Origin: Squalus acanthias
Taxonomy: Eukaryota
Direction: 5' to 3'
Length of the DNA: 64,000 nt
Assembly (NCBI GenBank): GCA_030390025.1
Contig: CM059432.1
Location: 55,554,001-55,618,000, forward strand
Shown here: positions 26,640 to 39,400 of the stretch, piece after piece
Layout of the letters: each line of letters begins with the position of its first letter
Numbering within the stretch: the stretch's first letter is position 1
Made by a program: the position numbers and the translations under genes
The notes under the pieces: model-generated
What the model was told of the DNA's origin: nothing
Seen by the model: the letters and a program-made list of their open reading frames with translations, nothing else
The model's database searches: none

Positions 26640-26875
26640 TTGTAAGTGTAAGCCCTTTTCCAGGACTTTGAGCACGTAATCTTAGCTGACACATCGGTGA
26701 CACTGAGCCAGTGCTGCTTTGTTGGAGGTTATGTATTTTGAATGAGATGTTAAACTGAAGCCTGTCTGTCTACTCAGGTGAAGAGAGATCCGATGGCTCA
26801 ATTCAAAGAAGAGCAGAGAGCTCTCCTGGTGCCTTAGCCAACACTGCCAAAACAAATTAACTGCTCATTTATCCA
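26640..26875 (+). mobile_element. Decayed Deu-domain SINE (SacSINE1-like)
   Basis: ggactttgagcac...gctgacac...gaatgagatgttaaactgaagcctgtctgtctactcaggtg...gaagagcag; homologous to 60690-61450. Confidence 0.65.
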
Positions 26876-26879
26876 AAAA

Positions 26880-29600
26880 CTTGGTCAAAAGGTGTGGGTT
26901 TTAAGGAGGGTCTTGTGGGGGAGAGGGAGGTGGAGAGGTTTAGGGAGGGAATTCAAGAGCGTAGGGCCTAGATGGCTGAAGGCAGGGCCGCCAATTGTAG
27001 GGCGGAGGGAGGGAGCGAGGGATACACAAAAGGTCAGATTTGGAGAAGCGGAGCGTTCTGAGGAACTGTACAGCTTAGGAACATAGGAACACAGGAGCAG
27101 GATTAGGCCACTGAGCCCCTCGAGCCTGTTCCGCCATTCAATGAGATTGTGGCTAATCTGTGACCTAACTCCATATACCCGCCTTTGACTCATATCCCTT
27201 AATACCTTTGGTTATAAAGGAGTTTACAGAGATAGGGGGGGGCAAAGCCATGAAGTCATTTAAATATGAGGTAGAAAATTTTAAATGTGCAGTGTTGGGG
27301 GATCGGGAGCCAATGTAGGTCAACAAGGACAGGAGTGATGGGTGAGCAGGATTTGATGCAGGATACCAAATGGCAGCAGAGATTTGGATGAGGTGAAGTT
27401 TACAGATCATGAGGATGGGAGGCCAGCTAGGAGAGCATCAGTCAAGTCTAGAGATGACAAAGGAATGCATGAAGCTTTCAGCAGCAGATGGGCTGAGTAA
27501 GTGGCAGAGGGGGGCAATGCCACAGAGGGGCAAGTAGGTGGTCTTTGTGATGGAGCGGATATGGGAACGGAAGCTCAGCTCAGGATCAAGTGGGATACCA
27601 AGGCTACTAACAGTCTGGTTCAACCTGAGACGGTGGCCAGCAACGGAGACGGAATCGATGTCAAGAGTATAGAATTTCTGGCGGGGGGATGAAGACGATG
27701 TTTAACTGGAGGATTTTGGCTTGGTAGTCAAGGGGTAGAGGAGGAAACAGCAGAGGCAGTTTAATGGATGGCCTCAACCTTAGTGACAAAGGTCCATGAG
27801 CTCCTCACAATTGTTATTAGAGGGGAGAATGGAGGGGGCAGTTTAGGGGGAATTGAGAGGAGAGTTGCTAGTACATAGGATTACATAGGATATACGTCAC
27901 AGAAACAGGCCATTCGGCCCAACCAGTCCATGCCGGCGTTTATGCTCCACTCGAGCCTCCTCCCGTCTTTCCTCATCTAAATCTATCAGCATAACCCTCT
28001 ATTTCCTTCTCCCTCACATGCTTGTCTAGCCTCCCCTTAAATGCATCTATACTTTTCGCTTCAAACACTCCCTGTGGTAGCGACTTCCATATTCTCACCA
28101 CTCTCTGGGTAAAGAAGTTTCTTCTGAATTCCCTATTGGATTTCTTGGTGACTATCTTTTATTGATGGCCTCTAGTTATGTTCTTCCCCACAAGTGGAAA
28201 CATTCTCTCTGTATCCACTCTATCAAAACCTTTCATAATTTTAAAGACCTCTATTAGGTCACCCCTCAGCCTTCTTTTTTTTTAAGAGAAAAGAGACCCA
28301 GCCTGTTCATCCTTTCTGATATGTAAACCCTCGCATTTCTGGTATCATCCTTGTAAATCTTAGTAGAGAAAAGAAGTCAGCAGTTAACTTTGCTCTCTAA
28401 GATGATCCTGGAGTAGTGAGCGGTTTGGCAGAGGAAAATGATGCCCTATAACACATGATGTGGTCCAGCTAGATCTGGTGATAGATGGCTAATACAGTTT
28501 CACACCAGATAAAGCCCACACCCTTTGGACGAAGGAGTGACAGTGGGAGCCATTCCAGGAGAACAACTAGGATGATAGAGATTAAAGGTTCTAATGAGGA
28601 CAAGGCATCAAAAGATGGAGGAGAGGAAGTGATTGAGCATATCGAGAACTGCAGAAGTATTATGGCAAATGGAGGGCCAAAGGCTAGGTAGTTTGCAGCT
28701 TGAAAGTGTAATTGTAAGTGATTTGATGAGGAAGAGTTTTTTCTGCGGCAGATGAAGAAAGAAGTCGGGTTGGAAGGGAGTAGGTGGTTGTAGAAGGTGA
28801 GGGATATAAGGAAGTGATACAAGGAACATGCCAAAAATCAGTGAAACAGTCAACGTATTGGGAGACTGGTCTGCAAATCAACATTTGCTGACAAAAGTTA
28901 GAACGGACCAGGCTACGCCAAACAAGCTTTACGAATCCTGTTGGAAATGGAATTGATTCTAGCTCATGCATACTGTAGGTGGAAATTCTCACAAGAATGG
29001 GAATCCCCACTTGCAGTAGGGGGCAACCACTTTTGGTTTCATTGGCAACAGTGCTCAGGATAGAGGGAAGAGAGGAAAGGGTGAAATGGATAGCAATATC
29101 AACAACAACAACTTGTATTTATATAGTAAAACGTTCCAGAAGTTCACAGGAGTGTTAAAAACAAAATTTGACACCGAGCTACATAAGGAGAAATTAGGGC
29201 AGGTGACCCAAAGCTTGGTCAAAGAGGTAGGTTTTAAGGAGTGTCTTAAAGGAGGAAAGAGAGGTAGAGAGGCAGAGAGGTTTAGGGAGGGAATTCCAGA
29301 GCTCAGGACCTAGGCAGTTGAAGCACGGCCACCAATGGTGGAGCAATTAAAATCAGGGATGCTCAAGAGGCCAGAATTAGAGGAGCACAGATATCTTGGG
29401 GGGTTGTGGGGCTGGAGGAGATTACAGAGATAGCAAGTGCCAAGGCCATGAAGGGATTTGAAAACAAGGATGAGAATTTTAAAATGTGGTCCAGCCAGAT
29501 CTGGTGATAGATGGATAAACCAGTTGCGCACTAGATAGGCTACACCCTTTGGACAAGGGAGTGACGATGGGAGCCATTCCAGGAGAACAACCAGAATAGC
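26880..29600 (-). mobile_element. Fragmented L2 LINE pieces with CR1 3'-tail insertions (about 27076-27215 and 27873-28360)
   Basis: Homologous to the L2 at 62750-64000 (LNQTVSSLGIPLDPELSF, FVISRLD, FKILILVFKSLHGL). CR1 tails with aggaacat / catag repeats interrupt it. Confidence 0.75.
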
Positions 29601-29795
29601 AGTAAAAGAGAGAAGGAAGAGAAGAAATGAATAGCAATGAAGGGGAAATGGACAGCAATGAAATGGAGAGGGATGGGGAAATGAAGTGGAGCAGGAAAGA
29701 AGAAGAAGCTGGAAGCAGTGCTTTTTGGGGAGGGAAAGGAGAAGCTGAGGGCAGCATTTTTGAGGTGAGGAAGGAAGAAAGTGCCAACATTAACA

Positions 29796-30670
29796 GTAAC
29801 ATTTGCGCCAGCCACTGACCATGTCCAACAAGAGAAAGTCTATCCAGCTCCCCTTGAGATTCAAAGGCATTACCAGCATCGAATCCCCCACCATCAACAT
29901 CCTGGGGGGGTCACCATTGACCAGAAACCTAACTTGACCAGCTACATAAATACTGTGGCTACAAGAACAGGTCAGAGGCTGGGTATTCTGCAGTGAGAGA
30001 CTCACCTCCTGACTCCACAAAGCTTTTCCACCATCTACAAGGCACAAATCCCTTTAAATTTGTGCAGCAGCCGTACATGCACCATATCTCTTCCAGCGGA
30101 AAAGCTGGTGAGTGGCCTGCGCGGGACCTCGCGATCGGCCGTGTGCCTTAGGGGGAACATTGGTCAGAAGTGTGATGGAATACTCTCCACTTGCCTGGAT
30201 GAGTGCAGCTCCAGCAACACCAGCTAGGACAAAGCAGCCTGCTTGATTGGCACCCCATCCACCACCTTAAACATTCATTCCCTCCACCACCGGCGCACCG
30301 TGTCTGCAGTGTGTACTATCTACAAGATGCACTACAGCAACTCGCCAAGGCTTCTTCAACAGGACCTCCCAAACCCACGATCTCTACCACCTAGAAGGAC
30401 AATGGAGCAGGCGCATGGGAACACCACCACCTTCAAATTCCCCTCCAAGTCACATACCATCCTGATTTGGAAATATATCACCGTTCCCTCATCGTTGCTG
30501 GGTCAAAATCCTGGAACTCCCTACATAACAGCACTGTGGGAGAACATTCACTACACGGACTACAGCGGTTCAAGGTGGCGGCTCCCCACCACTTTCTCAA
30601 GGGCAATTTGGGATGGGCAATAAATGTTGGCCTTGCCAGTGATGCCCACATCCCGTGAATGAATTTTTAA
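29796..30670 (+). mobile_element. Zenon-like LINE 3' fragment containing a short MITE at 30047-30162
   Basis: IGTPSTTLNIHSLHHRRTVSAVCTIYKMH and the family 3' tail. Host sequence aaggcacaa|gtcag is split by the MITE. Confidence 0.85.
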
Positions 30671-30819
30671 AAACTGGGAGGGAGAATGCCAACTTGAATT
30701 GAGGAGTAAGGAGCATTAGATTCAATGGGGAGGAAGAAGCATTCAGCTAGAATGGTTGGGGACAAGCAGCAATTTATGGGGAATGGAAGAAGGGGGAGAG
30801 AGTGCCATGTTGAATTGAG

Positions 30820-33800
30820 GATACCAAAAGTAGTGGGGAACCAAGGGGCTAGTAAGAGTGAGGAACTTAAAGTAATTAATATCAGCAGAGAAAAAGTACT
30901 TGAGAAACTAATGGGACTAAAAACCGACAAATCCCCTGGACCTGATGGCCTACATCCTAGGGTTCTAAAAGAGGTGGCTGAAGAGATAGTGGATGCATTG
31001 GTTTTGCTCTTCCAACATTCCCTAGATTCTAGAATGGTCCCAGCGGATTGGAAAGTAGCAAATGTAACTCCGCTAATCAAGAAAGGAGGGAGAGAGAAAA
31101 CAGGGAACTACAGGCCAGTTAGCCTGACATCAATTGTCGGGAAAATGCTGGAATCCATTATTAAGGAACTGGTAACACGACACTTAGAAAATCATAATAT
31201 GATTAGGCAGAGTCAACATGGTTTTATGAAAGGGAAATCGTGTTTAACAATTTATTAGAGTTTTTTGAGGATGTAACTAGCAGGATAGACAAAGGGGAAC
31301 CAGTGGATGTAGTATATTTGGATTTCCAAAAGGCTTTCGATAAGGTGCCACAAGCTATGCAAGATAAGGGCTCATGGGGTTGGGGGTAATATATTAGCAT
31401 GGGTAGAGGATTGGTTAACAGACAGAAAACAGAGAGTAGGGATAAGAACATAAGAACATAAGAAATAGGAGCAGGAGTAGGCCATTTGGCCCTTCGAGCC
31501 TGCTCCGCCATTCAATGAGATCATGGCTGATCTTCTGCCTCAACTCCATTCACCGGCCTTATCGCCATATCCCTTGATGCCCTTACTAGTCAGACATCTA
31601 TCGACTTCTGTTTTGAATATACCCAATGACTGAGCCTCCACAGCCCTCTGGGGTAGAGAATTCCAAAGATTCACCACCCTCTGTGTGAAAAATTTCTTCT
31701 CATCTCAGTCCTTAATGGCCTACCCTTTATCCTGAGGCTGTGGCCCCTGGTTCTAGACTCCTCAGCCAAGGGAAACATTCTCCCAGCACCACCCTATCAA
31801 TCCCTGTAATAATTTTGTATGCTTCAATGAGATCCCCTCTCATTCTTCTGAATTCAAGAGAATACAGGCATAGTTTACTCAATCTCTTCTCATACAACAG
31901 TCCCGCCATCCCAGGAATCAATCTTGTGAACCTTCGTTGCACTCCCTCTATGGCAAGTATATCCTTCCTTAGGTAAGGAGACCAAAATTGTACACAGTAC
32001 TCCAGGTGTGGTCTCACCAAGGCCCTATATAATTGGAGTAAGACTTCTTTACTCCTGTACTCAAATCCTCTTGTAATGAAGGCCAGCATACCATTTGCCT
32101 TCCTAATGGTTTGCTGCACCTGCACATTCACTTTCAGTGACTCATGTACAAGGATATCCAGGTCCCTTTGAGCATCTGCATTCCCCAATCTTTCACCATT
32201 TAGGAAATACTCTGCCTTTCTGTTTTTTCTACCAAAGTGGATAACTTCACATTTATCCACATTATATTCCATCTGCCATGTTCTCGCCCACTCACTGAGC
32301 CTGTCGAGATCCCCTTGAAGCCTCTTCACATCCTCTTCACAACTGACACTGCCACCTAGCTTTGTATCATCAGCAAATTTGGAAATGTTACATTTAGTCC
32401 CCTCATCCAAATCATTGATATAGATTGTGAATAGCTGGGGCCCAAGCACCGATCCTTGCGGTACCCCACTAGTCACAGCCTGCCATCCTGAAAAAGACCC
32501 GTTTATCCCTACTCTTTGTTTTCTGTCTGTTAACCAATTCTCAATCCATGCTAGTATATTTTAACCAGTTCCATGTGCCCTAATTTTGTTCACCAACCTC
32601 TTGTGTGGGACCTTAGCAAAGGCCTTCTGAAAATCCAAATACACCACATCTACCGGTTCCCCTTTGTCTACTCCACTAGTTACATCCTCAAAGAACTCCA
32701 ATGGGTTTGTTAAACAGGATTTCCCTTTCATAAATCCATGTTGACTCTGCCCAATCTTACTATTAGTTTCTAAGTGCCCAGTTATTGCATCCTTTATAAT
32801 AGATTCCAGCATTTTCCCAACTATTGATGTGAGGCTAACAGGTCTGTAGTTCCCCGTTTTCTCTCTCAATCCTTTTTTAAATAGCGGGGTTACATTTGCT
32901 ATCTTCCAATCTGCAGGAACCGCTCCAGAATCTATAGAATTTTGGAAGATGACAACCAATGCGCCCACTATCCCAATGGCCAGCTCTTTCAAAATCCTAG
33001 GATGTAGGTCATCCGGTCCTTGGAATTTATCGACTTTTAGTCCCATTAATTTTGCTAGTACTCTTTTTTTACTAATAATAATTTCTTTAAGTTCTTCATT
33101 CTCGCCACACCCTTGGTTTTCTCGTATTTCTGGGTGTTTTTTTGTGTCTTCCTCCGTGAAGACAGAAACAAAGTATTTATTTAATTTCTCTGCCATTTCC
33201 TCATTCCCCATTATAAATTCTCCCGTCTCTGACTGTAAAGGTCCTACATTTACCTTCACCAGTCTTTTCCTTTTCACATACCTATAGAAGCTTTTACAAT
33301 CCGTTTTGATATTTTTCGCTAGTTTGTGCTCATATTCCATTCTCCCTTTCTTTATCAATTTCTTGGTCCCCCTTTGCTGATTTCTAAAAAGATCCCAATC
33401 CTCAGGCTGACTGCTTTTTCTGGCAACTTTATAAGCTTCCTCCTTTGACTTAATATTAGCTTTAATTTCTTTTGTTAGCCATGGTTGGATCACTTTTCCT
33501 TTTGGGTTTTTATGCCCATGAAGAATATATGTTTGTTGCAAATTATGCATTATTTCCTTGAATGTTAGCCATTGTATGTCCACCTTCATACCTTTTAGTG
33601 TAGTCTCCCAATCTACCATAGCCAACTTGTCCCTCATACCCTTGTAGTTTCCTCTGTTTAGATTGAAGACCTTAGTTTCAGATTGGATTACATCACTCTC
33701 AAACTTAATGTAAAATTCAATCATATTATGGTCACTTGTCCCTAAAGACCCCTTTACCACAAGATTATTGATTAGCCCTTTCTCATTACACAGTACCAGA

Positions 33801-36025
33801 TCCAGAATAGCCTGTTCCCTGGTTCGTTCCTCCACATACTGATCCAGGAAACCATCTCGCATGCATTCCAAGAATTCGTCCTCCACACCATTAGTGGTAA
33901 TTTGATTTGCCCAGTCAATATGTCGATTAAAGTCCCCCATGATTACTGTATTGCCCTTGTTACATGCACTTCTAATTTCTTGATTGATACTGTGCCCTAC
34001 ATTACCACTACTGTTTGGTGGCCTATACACAACTCCCACCAATGTTTTCCGCCCTTTGCTGTTTCTTAGCTCCACCCAAACTGATTCCAGTTCTACATCA
34101 CAATCTGCCGAGCCAAGATCTTTTATCTCTACCGTACCGATCTCATCCCTTATTAACAGCGCTACGCCACCTCCTTTTCCTTTTTGTCTGTCCTTCCTAA
34201 ATGTTGAGTACCCTGGAACATTCAGTTCCCAGCTTTGGTTACCCTGCAACCATGTCTCTGTAATGGCAATTACATCATACCCATTTACTTCTATTAGTGC
34301 CATTAATTCATCCACCTTGTTGCGAATGCTACGTGCATTTAGATAAAGTACCTTCAACTTTGCCTGTTTACTATTTTTCTGCACTTTGACCCTCTTTACT
34401 GTTGGCCTTTGTTTCTGCTCCCTACTAGTTTTGCTGACTACTTTTCTAACTTGCAGTTCCAGCTTTGTTTCTCTCTGTTCTGGGCCCACACTTAGGTTCC
34501 CAACCCCCTGACAAACTAGTTTAAATCCTTCCCAACAGCACTAGCAAACACCCCTGCGAGGATATTGGTCCCGGTTCTGCCGAGGTGTAATCCGTCCAGC
34601 TTGTACAGGTCCCACCTTCCACAGAATCGGTCCCAATGCCTCAGGAATTTAAATCCCTCCCTCCTACACCATCTCTCCAGCCACACATTCATCTGGTCTA
34701 TTCTCCTATTTCTGCTCTCGCTAGCTCGTGGCACTGGGAGTAATCCTGAGATTACTACCTTTGAGGTCCTGCTTTTTAATTTATTTCCTAGCTCCCTATA
34801 TTCTGCTTGCAGGACCTCGTCCCTCTTTCTACCTATGTCGTTGGTACCGATATGGACCACGACCTCTGGTTGTTCACCCTCCCCCTTCAGAATGTCCTGC
34901 AGCCGCTCAGTGACATCCTTGACCCTGGCACCAGGGAGGCAACATACCATCCTGGAGTCACGTCTGTGGCCACAGAAATGTCGATCTGTTCCCCTTATAA
35001 ATGGGTAGTTTTCCTGTTGGCAGGCTGTAACGAGTGGGGTGCCACAAGGATCAGCGCTTGGACCTCAGCTATTTACAATCTATATTAATGACTTAGATGG
35101 AGGGACCGAGTGTAATATATCCAAGTTTGCTCATGATACAAAGCTAGGTGGGAAAGTAAGCTGTGAGGAGGACACAAAGTGCTTGCAAAGGAATATAGAC
35201 AGGTTAAGTGAGTGGGCAATAAGGTGGCAGATGGAATATAATGTGGAGAAATGTGAGGTTATTCACTTTGGTAGGAAGAATAGAAAAACAGAATATTTCT
35301 TAAAAGCTGAGAAACTATTAAATGTTGGTGTTCAGAGAGATTTGATGTCCTCGTGCAGGAAACACAGAAAGTTAGCATGCAGGTACAGCAAGCAATTGGG
35401 AAGGCAAATGGCATGTTGAACTTTATTGCAATGGGGTTGGAGTACTAGAGTAAGGAATCTTTACTAAAATTGTACAGGGCTTTGGTGAGACCACACCTGG
35501 AGTACTGTGCACAGTTTTGGTCTCCTTATCTGAGGAAGGATATACTTGCCTTAGAGGCGGTGCAACAAAGGTTCACTAGATTGATTCCTGGGATGAGAGG
35601 GTTGTCCTATGAGGAGAGATTGATTAAATTGGGCCTATACCCTCTGTAATTTAGAAGAATGAGAGGTAATCTCATTGAAACATAAGATTCTGAGGGGGAT
35701 TGACAGGGTAGATGCTGAGAGGTTGTTACCCCTGGCTGGAGAGTCTAGAACTAGGGGCATAGTCTCAGGATAAAGGATTGGCCACTTAAGACTGAGATGA
35801 GGAGGAATTTCTTCACTCAGAGGGTTGTTCTCTACCCCAAAGGGCTGTGGATGCTGAGTCATTGAGTATATTCAAGGCTGAGATAGATAGATTTTTGGAC
35901 TCTAGGGTAATCAAGGGATATGGGGATCAGATGGGAAAGTGGAGTTGAGGTTAAAGATCTTATTGAATGGCGGAGCAGGCTTGAGCGGTCGTATGGCCTA
36001 CTCCTGCTCCTAATTCTTATGTTAT
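30820..36025 (+). mobile_element. CR1 LINE RT region (pieces 30820-31445 and 34997-36025) split by an antisense CR1
   Basis: KSPGPDGLHPRVLKE...YRPVSLTS, then PQGSALGPQLF, FAHD. Host agggataa|atggg is interrupted with an ATAA duplication. Confidence 0.9.
31446..34996 (-). mobile_element. Young CR1 LINE: end of ORF1 (SGNH esterase) plus nearly intact ORF2
   Basis: ORF1 remnant 34516-34950 (CCLPGARV, VHIGTND, DGLHL). ORF2 34489-31727 has APE and RT (FADD), one in-frame TAA at 32563-32561 and a late frameshift. (TTCTTATG)n tail. Confidence 0.95.
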
Positions 36026-36421
36026 TAAAAGAAAGGGGGAGAAGAGTGTCTGATTGAATGGGAGTGGAAGAAGAGTACCAGGTTGATTTGAGGGTGGAGG
36101 AGAAAGTTAATACGGCTTATGAGGGTCAGAGGAAGAAAGAGTGTGTCTGGGAAAGGATGGAGAGTTGGTAAATATGACAGTCAGTTCGCTCACAGTACGG
36201 CATTCCATATTAAAGAGGAAAAAAATGCCTGACCATAGGACTGCTTACTGTATCTGGAAATTGAGAGGAGAAAAATATTTCAAAATATAACAAATGTTAA
36301 AATATATCGTGGGGGATGATTTCTTTTGTGTACTATTTGCAGTAAAGTTGCAAATGTCTTCTTTATACATCCCATGGGAGTGGAGGCAAGTTCTTCTGGT
36401 CACCACGTGTCAGAACATAAC

Positions 36422-39400
36422 GGGCTAAAAATTCGGGGTCTTTACACCACCCGTTACCCTCAAAAAATGACGAAAAGAGGGCGGCCACTGCTCTTTTCCC
36501 ATCTGGTGGTGGGTCCCACAGTGTCCGCCATTTTCCCAGGCCCGGCATCACTGTCGCTAAGATGCGTCGCCCAACAAAGTAAAATGAGGGAGCGGTGACG
36601 TCCCATGCTGAATTAACGTCACCAGGGCGAACTTGAACCTTTGCGCTGGTTCCTAAGCTCCAGTAATCCAGAGGCCTGGACTAATGATTCAAAGACATCA
36701 GTTCGAATCCCACCACAGCAGCTGGGGAATTTAAATTCAGTTAATTAAATAAATCTGTAATTAAAAGAAGCTCATATCAGTAATGGTGACGATGAAACTA
36801 TCGGATTGTCGTAAAAATCCATTTCGTTCACTAATGTCTTTTAGGGAAGGAAATCCGCCATCCTTACCTGGTCTGGCCTATATGTGACTCCAGACCCACA
36901 GCAATGTGGTTGACTCTTAACTGCCCTCTGAAATGGCCTAGCAAGCCACTCAGTTGTACCAACCCGCTACAAAAAACAATAATAAGAATAAACTCGGCAT
37001 CGACCTAGGCACCGGCTTCGGACACGGCAACGGCACATCCAGCACAGTCAACCCTGCAAAGTCCTCCTCACTAACATCTGGGGACTTGTGCCAAAATTGG
37101 GAGCGCTGTCCCACAGACATAGTCATACTCACAGAATCATACCTTTCAGCCAATGTCCCAGACTCCTCCATCACCATCCCTGGGTATGTCCTACCCAACC
37201 AGCAGGACAGACCCACCAGGGGTGGTGGCAGAGTGGTATACAGTCAGGAGGGAGTGGCCCTGGGAGTCTTCCACATTGACTCCAGACCCCATGAAGTCTC
37301 ATGGCTTCAGGTCAAGCATGGGCAAGGAAATCTCCTGCTGATTGCCACCTATCACCCTCCCTCAACTGATGAATCAGTACTCCTCCATGTTGAATGCCAC
37401 TTGGAAGAAGCACTCAGGATAGCAAGGGCACAGAACATACTCTGGGGGGGGGAATTCAATGTCCATCACCAAGAGTGGCTCGGTAGCACCAATACTGACC
37501 AAGCTTGCCGAGTCCTGAAGGGCATAGCTGCCAGACTGGTGCTGCGGCAAGTGGTGAGAGAACCAACAGGAGGGAAAAACCTACTTGACCTCGACCTCAC
37601 CAATCTACCTGTCGCAGATGCATCTGTCCAAGGCAGCATTGGTAGCAGTGACCACCGCACAGTTCTTGTGGAGACAAAGTCCTGTCTTCGCACTGAGGAC
37701 ACCTTCCATCGTGTTGTGCGATACTACCTCCGTGCTGAATGGAATAGATTCAGAACATATCTAGCAGCTCAAAACTGGGCATCTATGAGATGCTGTGGGC
37801 CATCAGCAGCAGCAGAATTGTATTCCATCACAATCTGTAACCTCATTGCCCGGCATAACCCTCACTCTACCATTACCATCAAGCCAGGGGACAAATCCTG
37901 GTTCAATGAGGAGTGCAGAAGAGCATGCCAGGAGCAGCACCAGGCATACCTAAAAATGAGGTGCCAACCTGGGGAAGCTGTAACACAGGACTACATGCAT
38001 GCTAAACATCAGAAGCAGCATGCTATAGACAGAGCTAAGCGATCCCACAAACAACAGATCAGATCAAAGCTCTGCAGTCCTGCCACATCCGATCGTAAAT
38101 ACTGGTGCACAATTAAACAACTAACGGGAGGAGGAGGTTCCATGAACGTCCCCATCGTCAATGATGGTGGAGCCCAGCACATGAATCCAAAAGAGAAGGC
38201 TGAAGCATTTGCAACCATCTTCAGCCAGAAGTGCCAAGTGGATGATCCATCTCGGCCTCTTCCTGAGGTCCCCACCATCACAGAAGCCAGTCTTCAGCCA
38301 ATTAGATTTACTCCACGTGATATCAAGAAACGGCTGAGCACACTAGATACAACAAAGACTATGGACCCCGACAACATCCCGGCTGTCGTGCTGAAGATTT
38401 GTGCTCCAGAACTAGCCGCACATCTAGCCAAGCTGTTCCAGTACAGCTACAACACTGGCATCTATCTGACAATGTGGAAAACTGCCCAGGTAGGTCCTGG
38501 CCTCAAAAAGCAGGACAAATCCAATCCGGCCAATTACCACCCCATCAGTCTAGTCTCAATCATCAGCAAAGTGATGGAAGGTGTCGTCGACAGTGCTATC
38601 AAGCGGCACTTACTCACCAATAACTAGCTCACCAATGCTCAGTTTGGGTTCTGCCAGGACAACTCGGCTCCAGACCTCATTACAGCCTTGATCCAAACAT
38701 GGACAAAAGAGCTGAATTCCAGAGGTGAGGTGAGAGTGACTGCCCTTGACATCAAGGCAACATTTGACCGAGTGTGGCATCAAGGAGCCCGAGTAAAATT
38801 GAAGTCAAAGGGGGAAAACTCTCCGCTGGCAAGAGTCATACCTAGCACAATGGAAGATGGTTGTGCTTGTTGGAGGTCAATCATCTCAGCTCCAGGACAT
38901 TGCTGCAGGAGTTCCTCAGGGCAGTGTTCTCGGCCCAACCATCTTCAGCTGTTTCAACAATGACCTTCCTTCCATCATAAGGTCAGAAGTGGAGATGTTC
39001 GCTAATGACTGCACAGTATTCAGTTCCTATTGCAACTCCTCCGATAATGAAGCAGTCCATGCCTGCATGCAGCAAAACCTGGACGACATTCAGGCTTGGG
39101 CTGATAAGTGGCAGGTAACATTCGCGCCACACAAGTGCAGGCAATGACTATCTCCAACAAGCTAGAGTCTAACCACCACCCCTTGATATTCAATGGCATT
39201 AAAATCGCCGAATCTCCCACCATCAACATCCTGGGGGTCACCATTGACCAGAAACATAACTGGACCAGCCACGTAAATAAAGTGGCTACAAGAGCAGGTC
39301 AGAGGCTGGGTATTTTGCTGCGGGAGTCTTACCTCCTGACTCCCCAAAGCCTTTCCACCATCTACAAGGCACAAGTCAGGAATGTGATGGAATACTCTCC

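Noticed and set aside
28460..29600. Novel dispersed direct repeat (28460-28570 versus 29485-29595)
   Set aside because: Both appear to be the same L2 ORF2 segment from separate decayed L2 pieces.
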